From NCBI RefSeq assembly GCF_000142905.1, contig NW_013657623.1:191175-255174 (forward strand): a DNA stretch of 64,000 nucleotides, read 5' to 3'. Positions 23,101-33,974 of this stretch are shown piece by piece. The DNA comes from Thecamonas trahens ATCC 50062. Lineage: Eukaryota; Protista; Apusomonadida. The translations under genes were made by a program, and so were the position numbers. How positions within the stretch are numbered: position 1 is the stretch's first letter; every line of letters begins with the position of its first letter. The notes under the pieces were generated by a model. That model was not told the DNA's origin. It saw nothing but the letters and a program-made list of their open reading frames with translations, and made no database searches.

Positions 23101-26100
23101 CGTCGGGCATGATGGCTTGGAGCGCGACGGTGACGTTGACCTTGCGGTGGGGGACAACAACAGTGGTGGGGAGGAGCGGGTTCTCCGACGCTGACTCTTC
23201 AAAGCCTGACGACGGCTGGCGCGGCGGAACAGGGCCAAACTGGGCCTCGAGCGCCGCCGCAAGGCCAATGGGGTCGGTAGAGGCAGCATGGTCTCCGACC
23301 GGAGCGTCAAAAAGAGCCGCGAGGCCAGCGCCTCCAGCCGACGTCGCCAACGCGTTAAGCAGAGCGTTGGGCGAGGTGGGGCGGAGTTGAAGCGGGATCT
23401 TGACTCGTGCGAGTGGAAAGAGGCCGCGAAAGAGAAAGACGGTGAGGTAGACTGCCGACTCGGCGAGGCCAGCGGTGGCGTTGGAGAAGAGCGCAGAGAA
23501 CGGGCCTTCGTGGCAATGATCGAGTCATCCAGCGGGTGAAGCGGGACGTCCTCGAGGCCTGGAGCGAGCGCGTGCTCGGCTGACGTGTGCGAGTGGTGGT
23601 AGTGCGGGTGGACGAGCTGGGCGCGGGCGAGTGCGGCGAGCTGTTCGCTCGACGGCGCAGGGTCGACCAGCGGCTGCACAGAGGCCGGCGATACCTGGCT
23701 TGGGTTGACAAGGGCGTCAAGCGAGATGTTGTAGTCGTTGGAGATGCGGACGTCACGATCATCCCAGAGCGCGATCTTGAGGCGGAGCTTTCCAGGCGAG
23801 GGCGGAAGATCAAGGAGAGCTGAGACACGATCGAGGGCGGTGAGAAACGAGGCACCGAGAGGACGCGACGAGACCAGCGTGGCCATGAGCGACATGGGCT
23901 CAGGCGACGGAACAGGGCCGAGCGCAAACGGGCGCCAGCCCGGAAGCATCCGCACAAAGTTGTCGCGGTAGATCGATGCAGCAGCAATCGACGGCATGGG
24001 TGAGGCATTCATGTGGCGCATGTAGCCCTCCCACACCGGGGAGCAGTCTGGAACGCTCGGCAGCTGGCGAAGCCTGTTGCTCGTGGCCGGAACGTCTGGG
24101 TCGGCGATGAGGCCAGCGAGCGCCGGACGGGCTGGCTTGCCCCGGCCGAGGTCCCAGGTGAGATGCGGCGATGTGGAGGCGAGAGAGAGCAGTGGTGGAG
24201 CGCGCGCGGTCTCGGGCTCGCCGGTCTCAGAGACGGTGAAAACGAACGGCTTGGTGCGGAGAAGGAACATGGCCGGTAGCGGGGTGCGGGCAAGAGCCGG
24301 GACGGCGCGTGACGGACGGGCAAAGGTGGCGATCCACTCCCGAGCGACCGCGAGCGAGGCTAGCGCCGGCTGCGATGGCGACGATGGCGCCGGGACATGT
24401 GGAATCATGACCGGCGGATTCGACTCAATGGCGACGACGGCGTCAGCTGGCGCCAGCCAAGACGTCTCGCCGGTCCGGGCGCAGTAGTAGAAGTAGAGGT
24501 TAGTCTGAGGATCGAGGTAGCGGGCCCATCCGGAGCGAGACGAGAAGAGTGCGAGTTGGATGACGTGGCGGTCGTCGGTGTCTGGCTGAGTGACCGGCGG
24601 CATGAGCGACGGATGAGTGGTGGTGGTGGTACCCGAGGCGGCGTCGGTGTAGAAGCAAGAGAACGAGGCCAAATCGACCTGCCGCTGCCAGCCGGCCGGC
24701 AACGGGACGTCAACGTGCCAATGGTTGGCGTCAAGCGGCTTGGAAGCGGCGGCGAGGTCGGGATCACCAAGGTGCTCCGTGAGGCGGGCAGACTGTGTCC
24801 TGTCAATAGGCTCCGGCGGCTTGTCTGCACGCAGTTCTGACGCAACGATGGCAGTGTCGAGGGCGGCAGGAGAGAGCGATACAAATGGGATTGATGAGTT
24901 GAGGACATCGTCCAGTCGGATGACGCTGGCATCAAAGTTGGCAGCAATCGACTGGGCAACGATGTCGTTCGACGGCTGAGCACGGAGCTCAGGGTAGGAG
25001 ACCGGAGCGTCCGAATCAGTAGGCCCATGTGTGCCGGCTGCATGCGGTTGACGGGCGGTGCGGCGGCGGAGGTGGAGCTTGTGAGGAGAGACTGGTGATT
25101 GATGCGGTGCAGCGGCCGGCTTGGGTGGCGGCGACGGCGATGATGGCGACGACGGCGGCGAGGCCGATGATGACGATGGCGTTAACGGCGGCGAGATTGC
25201 TTCGGGCGCGGGAAAGTCCGACGATTGGATGGCCGGAGTAGCCGGGACAACGTTGACCTTGGGAAATGGCGGTTCGGCGGGTGTGGCTTGTGGGCGACCG
25301 CCACGGCGCTGTCGAAGCAGCTTGAGCCGCTCAGCACGCGGGAGCTTGGCGAGCTCAGCAGATGAGAGCGTCGACGAGCCAGACGCGCTGTCGTTGCGCT
25401 GTGCATTGGCGGTACTGGGATTGCGGCGGGCGCGAAGGCGAGCAAGCCGCTCTTCACGGGTGAGCGGGCGCGGAGAGCTGGTGTCATCCTGTACTGACTC
25501 GCCGTCACGGACGCGACGGAGGCGAGCCAGGCGGGCGGCGCGTGACTCGGTAGACTGCGAGTGAGCGGCGCGTGCGGCAACAACGGCATCAGCAGCACCG
25601 GTGGGGCCAGAGGTGGTGACAATGCGGGAAGAGCGTCCAGTCTTGCGGGCGGCGACCAGGTCGGCGATGGCGCGGGTGTTTGGCACGGGCGACGGGTCGG
25701 CGAGCTTAGTTTCCGAACCAGAGGTCGAGACCACAACTGCAAGGCCGGAATGATGTGGCGGCGAGCTTGAGCTCGACGGAGTCGGCGAGCTCGACGAGCT
25801 GGACGATGAAGAAGAGTGCGAAGCCGAGGGCGATCGCGATCGTGAGATGTGGCCGTCGGACGATGAGTCTGAATCGGAGGCTGATGAAGGGAGCGTGAGC
25901 CGAAACGACGCCGGAACAGCAAGGGTTGATCGCTTTGCCATTCGTGCGGCATCACGGGCCTTGGCCGACGTCGGGCTGTGGTTGTCCGCCGTCTCCTTTG
26001 ACCTCCGCCCGGGCGAAGCAAACGACGCCAGATCGTCTTCAAGCGAGGCGAGTGTACCTCTTCTTCCCGATCGCCATTTCTCCGGAGAACCATTCGCTGC

Positions 26101-26304
26101 ATGCGGAGAGAGAAAGCCAACCGAAGAGCGACCAGCGCCATGGCTGTGACCAGCAGGAGCAGGGGCGATGGACATGAGCCGGGTTGGTGCCTTCTGTCGC
26201 CTGTGCGTAGACTCGCCTGTGGGGCTTGCCTCGCCTGTTGGACGTGATGCTGACGACCGTGGTCGGAGCAGTGCCCGTCTTGTCCGTGGAGATGCGCTTG
26301 ACAT
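17161..26304 (-). CDS. Divergent DOCK-family protein (two WW domains, DHR-1/C2, degenerate DHR-2), ~3050 aa, split by three apparent -1 frameshifts
   Basis: WW motifs LPAGWQRQVD..FY and GWARYLDP..YFYY..GETSW. DHR-1-like VRNNLYVTL and HLLFRF..FAYAFLNL...G....DNEYELVVY. DHR-2-like LFGVVLAGPGWPSTLR...VVRG..DE..EAF..RM. Frame switches near 23503, 22505-22600 and 20083. Confidence 0.7.
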
Positions 26305-26383
26305 AGGTACTGTGGCGGTGTGTGGTGCGGTGGGAGGGGTGTATGTGTATGTGTATGTGTGTGTGTGTGTGTGTGGGGGGGGG

Positions 26384-26483
26384 NNNNNNNNNNNNNNNNN
26401 NNNNNNNNNNNNNNNNNNNNNNNNNNNNNNNNNNNNNNNNNNNNNNNNNNNNNNNNNNNNNNNNNNNNNNNNNNNNNNNNNNN
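26384..26483. other. Assembly gap (100 N) flanked by (TG)n and G-runs
   Basis: Run of N. Confidence 1.
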
Positions 26484-26899
26484 GGGGGGGGGGGGGGGGG
26501 TGGCAGACCTGTGTCTGTTTGGCGCCGAATGGACAGAGTGAGTTGGTTGGGGTACCTGCCGGGTGGCTGGCCAGCATAATGTGGGGCATGCATGCCACAG
26601 TGCATGGCTTGGTGTTTGCACAGGTGAGAGGGATTGGGGGGGAGGGGAGGGAGGCGGGGGGGGGGGGGGGGGTATGCGGGCGATGGGGGTACAAAGGAGG
26701 GTGCGATGGATTGTGGTGGCGGGATATTGTACAATGATGGCGGTAGGTTGTTAGCTCTGGGTGGGAGCGAGGGAGTGGGGGGGGAGAGGGAAGGGGGGGG
26801 CGGGGGGATTCTGGCTTCTGGCACCACTACCACCTCACTCCCGCACACACACATAGGTAGTTGAGGGTGTAGAGGAGGTGGGAGAGTGCCTTATACGGT

Positions 26900-29800
26900 A
26901 TGTCTCGTAGTCATGGGGCTCGTTCGCGTGACTCTCCCACAGCTCCCGTACGGACTGCCTCGGAGGGTTCTGCCGAGTGGGCCACTCGGGCCTCCGCTGG
27001 CAATGGGCACACAAGAGAAGGGAGCCAGGAGATGGTCGGAGCAGATGGTGGGGTTGAGCGACAGCATACGGAACAGCGTTCTGGGCAGGGAGCAACAATG
27101 AGTCCAGGCTCGTCAGAGGCCGGCTCGGCGGTCAACAACATGAACACATCGGCTCCGGTCCATCCGTTACTCTCCATCGATGTTGGGCAGGCCAGACAGG
27201 CGGCAGTGGCGAGGGCCAGAGAGCAGAGTGTCCGCTCGCGCGCAGCGTCGGGTGAAGAGTCCGCCAGATCGCCGTCGACGGGATCGGTCATCATCCGCAG
27301 AAGGTCGTCGCTGAGAGACTCGACCGATGGGAGGATCTCTGACAAGTCCATCGACTCGGTTGAACCGGTCTCACACGGCTCGGTCGTCATCCGAAAGCTC
27401 TCCCTGCGTGAGAAGGACAAAGCAAAGTCAAGCATGGACCCTAAGCTGCTGTCGAGAAAGGGCAACCGTAAGCTGTCAGATCCGCCGCGGTCGTCGTCCT
27501 CGCTCTCCGACTCAAACTCGCACCTTGGGATCTCGCTCTCGCGCTCGCTCTCAGAGGCGCGTCTCCTGCTCAAGACTGCCCACGAGGACAGTCTCGCCGA
27601 TCTGCTGAAAAAGGGCAAAGGCAAGGGCAAAGGCAAGGGCAAAGGCAAGGGCAAAGGCAAGGGCAAAGGCAAGGGCAAAGGCAAGGGCAAGGGCAAGGGC
27701 AAGGGCAAGGGCAAGGGCAAGGGCAAGGGCAAGGGCAAGAAGAAAGGCAAAAGAAAGGGCAAGAAGGGCAAGGGCAAGGGCAAGAAGGAAAGGGCAAGAT
27801 GCCCCTGTCAGGTGTCGTCGGTGATGGCAACGGTGAGACAACGCCCGGATCGCCAGGCGTGATCGCCGGCAGCTTGCACTCACCGGTAGGCAACGAGACG
27901 CCCAAGTTTGACGCCATGACTGGTGCGCAGCTTGTGCACTCTTCAGGGGTATCGTCGGATGAGGCCTCGTTCGAGTCGTACTCGTCGTCGTCGTCGTCAT
28001 CATCGTACTCGTCGTCAAGATCCTCAGCCTCTTCCTCGTCCTCAACCTCAGCCACATCCTCGTCTTTGGCTATCTCCTACAACCCGTTCTCGTCGCCGGT
28101 CGATGTGGCCGGCGCAAGCGACACGCACGGGACATTTAATCGGATTTCGCCACAGTCGCCGGTGGTGCCGATGACGCCGTCGCGCATGACGTTTATGGAC
28201 GGCGAGGCGCATGTGGCGTCGGACAGCCAGCCACTGCCGCACCGAGACATGTCTGTGCATGAGGCGCTGGTGCAAGTTGAGAAGCTCTGGACCGCGCTGC
28301 ACGTCCCGCAGCCGGAGCGCGAGTACTACCGGGCGGCGTGGGCGGCCAAGGGCAAGATTGGTAGGCAGTCCGGAGCCGCTGCCATTGGCGCGCGGCTAAT
28401 GGTGTCGCTGCTCGAGGCCCACCGGGCGCGGACGCTCGAGACAGCCAAGGCAATTGCGCGGGTGGACAAAGCGCTCAAGGGACTCTCCGGTGGCGACGAA
28501 TCGACCCGGCGGCTGGAGCAGATCGCCAAGCGGGTCAAGGCCGCCATGACGGCGGTCCGCGCCTGGCAGCAGGGACTCGGCCACGCGCCGCATCCGTTCA
28601 TGTGGCGCGGGACATCATGGATTGTTGCCATCTCGCACACTCTCCTCCAGCTCCTCGCGCGCCACGACGGCGATGTTCGGCTCGAGCCGCTGGTCGAGCT
28701 CCAGAACGACCTGCTTGTCCGCATCGGCGGCGAGTCGGTCATGCAGATGTACGTCGACTCGGTCCACGTCTCGGGGCATATGATGTTTACCTTTCACTCG
28801 CGGCTTACCTACAGTGTGGCGGAAGATGCTGCTGCCGGCAACCTGTTCGAACCGCTCTCTGTGGTGGAAATCGGGCCCATGAACGCCGGCTCGCCTGTAC
28901 CCAACGGCCGCTCGCCACCGAGCCCAACCTCGCCCCACCACCAGGCGCCGCCCGCCACTGCAGCGCCCGGCACTCGCTCACACTCGCCGCTTGCCCCCAC
29001 GCGGGGCCGCTCGCCGCGGGGGCGCGGCACTCGCAAGCGTAGTCGTGGCCGTGGGCGCGGACGTGGCCGTGGCAGCCCTGCCAAGAGCTCACCAAGTCGT
29101 CGGCGTGGATCAGCGAAGCGGGGGTCGGGCAAGCGCGGGTCGGGACAGCGCAGCGTTGGTGCTCATGGCTCACCGGGCGCCAAGACCGGGCGGGGGCGCG
29201 GGCGTAGACGTGGTCAAGACAAAGTCGGGCCCGTTGCCACAGCCAACACGAATGCCGGCGACGGCGGCGCGGCGAACAAGGAACTGATTCCTGTTCAGCT
29301 CACGGCCGGCGGACCGGTGACGTACATGACCCGCGAGGAGCAAGCGAAGTTTGATGCTGGCGTGGCAAGTTCAAGTAGTGTAGAGCGAAGCGGAGCCGCT
29401 CCGCGACCGGTCCACGCGGCGCTGGAGCGCCCGCCGGTCCCCGGGCCGATGAACCTGCCGCCGGTGGCAGCAGGCGAGGGCGGAGAGCTAGAGTCTGGCT
29501 CGGTCGAGTCCGAGGCCGACGATGAGGTGCCAGGCGGTGGCTCGGGCCCGCGATGGCGGTTAGGCAAGACCAACCGGAAAGTGGCACCCATTGTCGAGTC
29601 GTCGCTGCCAAAAATCTCGTCATCGTCGTCGGTGGCGTCGGAGATGTCCGGCGCCGGCTCGGGCGACGCCGACGACGCCGGCTCGGCCTCGGGTAACGCC
29701 ATCGAGCTGCGGATTTTCTCACCACAAGGCTCGATGCGGAAGCACAAATTCAAGACTGCATCAGGGCAGGTGCGACCAGCGCCAGCGCCAGCGCCAGCGC

Positions 29801-30210
29801 CGGCGTCAGCGCCCAAGGCTGTTCCCAAGACTGTGCCCAAGGCTGTGCCGGCGTCGGCGTCGGCGCACCCCGGCTCCGACTCGGGATCTGACACTGAAGA
29901 CGGCGACGGGGCTGACTACAGCCAGTCGCACACCAGCCTTGCGCGGTCCGACTCTGTCCTCCTCCCGCAGAACGTGACCTATTGTCTCGTCCGGCGCGAC
30001 GTCCGCGAGTCGGCCTCAATCTTTGTCCACACCGCGGTCCAGCCGCCGGTCTCGACGTCGCTTGTCAGCGGCCATCAGCTCCCGATCCGATTCGAGATCG
30101 AACGGCAGGCCGTGCTCGTGCCGGAGCACTCGCTCACTCTCCCGGGTGTCTCTCCCTCTGCCGTTGGCTCACCATCGGGTGACCACGACGACAGTTTTTC
30201 CATGGGATGA
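26900..30210 (+). CDS. ~1100-aa largely disordered protein with a (KG)n tract and a central helical domain loosely like the MAP65/Ase1 C-terminus; one apparent -1 frameshift near 27790
   Basis: ORFs 26900-27862 and 27799-30210 join if one base is added (KKEKGKMPL). Central region VEKLWTALHVP..ER...AW...PFMWRG. Function uncertain. Confidence 0.55.
27610..27790 (+). repeat. (AAGGGC/AAAGGC)n hexamer repeat encoding (KG)n
   Basis: More than 20 tandem hexamers. Confidence 0.95.
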
Positions 30211-30292
30211 GGCGGGAGCAGCGCCGGTGGGCAGAGAGGTCGGTGACAGCGAGACGGTGGGAAGCTGGCACTCTTGTCGCCAACTCGACGAA

Positions 30293-32223
30293 ATGAAGGT
30301 CTCTATCAAGACCATTCGCGGCGAAGTGTACAGCGTGGACGCGGAGGAGAGCGAGACCATTGCCGAGCTCAAGACCCGTATCTCCACCGTCACCAGCATC
30401 CCGCAGGACCAGCAGCGGGTCATCTTTGCCGGTCACGTCATGAAGGACGACCGGACGGTCGAGTCGTATGGTACGTCAAAGGTCGCCACCCACCGGCCAC
30501 AGGTCGCCGCCGCCTTCGGCTGCCCGCACGTGGCCGCCGCTGTTTTGTTTCGGGCAGGCGGCAGACGGCAGGCATACGAGCGTGATCATGGCGCGAGTCA
30601 TGTTGGTCTCGTTGTGTGTCCCGCCTTCCTCCCTCCCTCCCCCCTCCCCTCATCCTACCAAGCCACGCTCGCTTCCTTGCCTTCCTATGCCATGCCCAGC
30701 ACACTCGGCAACGATCGATCGCTACCGCCACCGCCACCGAACACAGTGGAACACCACCACTCCCAGCCCCCCCCCCCCTAATCATTGGCACCAGAACCAT
30801 AGTCCATCGTGATCACCAGCTGGTACCCACCACTCGGCCCCGTTCCCTTTCTCTCGGTGGCCTCGCGAGCTATGAATCGCTTGCGACTGTGATCATTTTG
30901 CCAGGCTTCAGAAAGAGGTCGCACTTTTGGCCAAAGACTCACCGGCGCCGGTCGAGGACCAACCGGGCGGGCGGCATGACAGGCATCAAGGATGGCAACA
31001 CGATCCATCTCGTTAAGGGTGCGGCCAAGACAGCTGCGGGTGCTGCGCCTGCTGCACCGGCGGCTGCAGCAACTGCGCCCGCGACGACAGGCACCGCGCC
31101 GATGGACACGGCGGGCGGAGCGCCGCCGCCGTCGGCGGGAGTTGGCGGAGGTGGGTTTAACCCGTGGGGCGCGGCTGGTGGTGGCGCAGCTGGCGGCGGC
31201 GGAGCCAACCCGTTTGCGGCGATGATGGGCGGAGGTGCGGCTGGCGGCGTGCCCAACGTGGCGGCGCTGCTGCAGGACCCGGCGCAAATGGAGCGGATGA
31301 TGCAGTCGCCGATGATGCAGGCGCTGTTGGATAACCCGGAGATGCTGCAGAGCATGATGTCAGCCAACCCGATGATGCAGTCGCTCATCGACGGCAACCC
31401 GGAGCTTGCGGCGGCGCTCAACGATCCGGCAACGATTCGGCAGAGCCTGGAGATGATGCGGAACCCGGAGGCGCTGGCAGAGATGATGCGCAACAACGAT
31501 GTGGCCATGGCGAACATACAGGCACAGCCCGGTGGCTTTGACGCCCTCCGCTCAGCATACGAGAACATCGGCGCGCCGATGCAGGAGGCGATGACCGGGA
31601 TGGCGCAGGGCGCGACCGGCGGAACTGGAACCGGGACAGGAGGCACTGACGCAGCGGGAGGTGGCGAGCAGGCTGGCTCGGGCTCGGGCCCGAATACCAC
31701 GCCGCTCCCGAACCCGTGGGCGGCGCCAGCAGCCGGGACCGGGGCCGGGACCGGCGGTGTGCCGCCAAGCTCGGCCTTTGGCGGCATGGGCGGTGCGGGC
31801 GGCATGCCGGACCTGGCAAGCATGATGCAGAGCCCGATGATGGCGCAGACTATGGCGGCGATGGCGCAGAACCCGGAGCTGATGGCGGCGATGATGCAGA
31901 ATCACCCCATGCTAGCCAACAACCCGATGGCAGCGCAGATGCTGCAGAATCCTGAGATGCTGTCTTCAATGATGGCGGCGATGGCGGGCACCGGCGGGAG
32001 CGGCATGCCGGGCTTTGGCGGCGCAGGCGCGGGAGCTGGTGCCGGTGCCGGTGCCGGCGGCGGCTCGCTTCAAGCGCAGGAGGAGGCTGCCGCGCTGCGG
32101 TACGCCGACCAGCTTGCTGCGCTCGCCGAGATGGGCTTTACCGACTACGACGCCAATCTCCGCGCCCTAGTCATGACCGGCGGCAACGTCGACGCGGCTG
32201 TCCAGCGGCTGCTCGGCGCGTAA
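30293..32223 (+). CDS. UBQLN: Ubiquilin/Dsk2 (UBL-STI1-UBA); exons 30293-30470 and 30983-32223
   Basis: UBL QQRVIFAGHVMKDDRTVESYG|IKDGNTIHLV restored by intron 30471(GTACGT)-30982(CAG). STI1 NP repeats, PLPNPW, UBA YADQLAALAEMGF...NLRAL..TGGNVDAAV. Confidence 0.95.
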
Positions 32224-32328
32224 GTTGTAAAGGCATGGAATGAGAGAGGGGAGGGGGGGGGGGGAGGGAGGGGAGGGTGGCTGGCGGTCGGCACACTCGA
32301 CTCCGCTATCGCCACTGTTGGTAGGAGC

Positions 32329-33402
32329 ATGAACGGAGGAGGCAGCAGTGCAGGTATTGGCAACAGTGGCAGCAGCAGCAGCAGCACGGGGTTGGGCACG
32401 AACCCTAGCTCTGTGAGTCATGGACATGGAGGCCGAGTGAGTGCCTCTGAGTTTTGCTTTGATATGCTCAAGCGAGCAGTTGCCCAGCTGGTGGCCAACT
32501 ACGAAGCCTTCCAGGGCATGGACGCCACCGCAGTCAATGTCTTTACCTCTGCCCTTGCACGCTGTACGTTCCCCCCCCTCCACCTCCCCCACCCCGCCAC
32601 CGCAGTCATGTTTGTGGCGTCCAAGAAGAGCCACGAGGCGGCAGAGCATGCAGGACGGACGGATGCCAATGCCGATGATGTGGTGCAGGCTGTGCTGGGC
32701 ATGCTGGGAAGCTCGGTGAGGGAGCTGAGGGTGTACGCGGCGGTGGCAGAGGCCAAGCCGCTGCCGCATGTTCTACTGCCCATCCCGGCTCCGCGCTCGG
32801 ACGAGACTGCCTCGTCGTCAGAGGCTATTGCTGCCCGGGCCATGGGCTACTCGCGATCAGGGAGTGCATCGGGCATGCCTGGCGGCAAGCACGCCGGTAA
32901 GGCGTACATTGCCGCTCATCTCCCGCCGCTGCCTGAGCCGAGAACGTACATCCAGACGCCAGCATTCCCCGAGCGCGTCACGGACGAGCGCATGCTGCGG
33001 ACGATGCGCTCGGAGCACGTGGCCCATGCACAGGCGGCGCTCACCGGCCTCCACGCCCGCTTTCCGGCCGCGTCGTCGGCAGCCGTGGTCTCGCGCCGGA
33101 CGCCTCGTTCGGTCAAAGACGTCCCAGCCGCCGCCGCGCCTGCAGGCAAGGCCAAGGGCCGGGCCGCCACGGCTGCCGCCAAGAAAGAAGCCGCCGTCGT
33201 CGCCGCCGCCGCCAATCCGTGGTTCGTTGTCGCCGCCGCGCCACCGCCGCCGTCGCAGGCCTTTGCCGATGCGCTGACCTCGCACAAACGCCAGCACGAG
33301 CCGGCGCCGGCGCCCGCCGCGCCACCGTCAAACCTCGCGCCGCCCGTCGACCAGCCGCCGGCCAAGCGGCAAAAGCTTCTGCCCGAGACGACCGTCTCCT
33401 AA
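32329..33402 (+). CDS. TAF8: TFIID subunit TAF8-like (histone fold plus TAF8 C domain); probable 42-nt intron at 32564-32605
   Basis: Histone fold with AEHAGRT..NADDV. TAF8-C-like YIAAHLPPLPEPRTYIQTP. In-frame GTACGT..CGCAG intron. C-terminal NLS PAKRQK. Confidence 0.8.
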   Translation: MNGGGSSAGIGNSGSSSSSTGLGTNPSSVSHGHGGRVSASEFCFDMLKRAVAQLVANYEAFQGMDATAVNVFTSALARCTFPPLHLPHPATAVMFVASKKSHEAAEHAGRTDANADDVVQAVLGMLGSSVRELRVYAAVAEAKPLPHVLLPIPAPRSDETASSSEAIAARAMGYSRSGSASGMPGGKHAGKAYIAAHLPPLPEPRTYIQTPAFPERVTDERMLRTMRSEHVAHAQAALTGLHARFPAASSAAVVSRRTPRSVKDVPAAAAPAGKAKGRAATAAAKKEAAVVAAAANPWFVVAAAPPPPSQAFADALTSHKRQHEPAPAPAAPPSNLAPPVDQPPAKRQKLLPETTVS

Positions 33403-33974
33403 GTAATGTCAGGATCCCGCGTGAGACGCGAATGAACACTAGCGCTAGTCAAACTGCGGTTGTTGCAAGCAGTGCAGATCCCCGGACAATGCGCGCGCGG
33501 CAGGTTTTCGTGAAGTTTGGCAACAAACGCTTGCTATGTCCCGGCATGAACGATTGTCCGGTCAGCGAGCTGGCCCCTACCACACACCACCAGCATTGAG
33601 CCCATCTCACTCTCAAGCACACGCTTCGTCCTGAGAGTGGTGCGAAGACCAAAGTCCCTCCTCCACACAACAAGCCAGTCACATACCATCTGCCGTTCCC
33701 GTGGTCCTTGGCAGTGTCTGTGGCTACCGCGGTGACAGTTGCCGTGTCAGTAGCGGCACCATTTTCTCCCGCTCTTTCGCTCCAAATTCGCCTCGACAGC
33801 TCTGCGGTCAGAGTGTGGCACTCGACTCTGCTTGCTTGTGCGTGTTTCCCTCGCCGGGTGAACTGAACTGTGTGGCCGAGTGACCGAGTGCGGTAGCAAG
33901 TGGCCACCGGAGCGAGGCTACGGCAAGGCTTGGGGAGGACGGTTGAGCGAAGGGAGAAATAAGCTGAAAGTACC

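Noticed and set aside
27570-28055. Metallothionein-like (CP)n ORF on the minus strand
   Set aside because: Antisense reading of the AAGGGC repeat.
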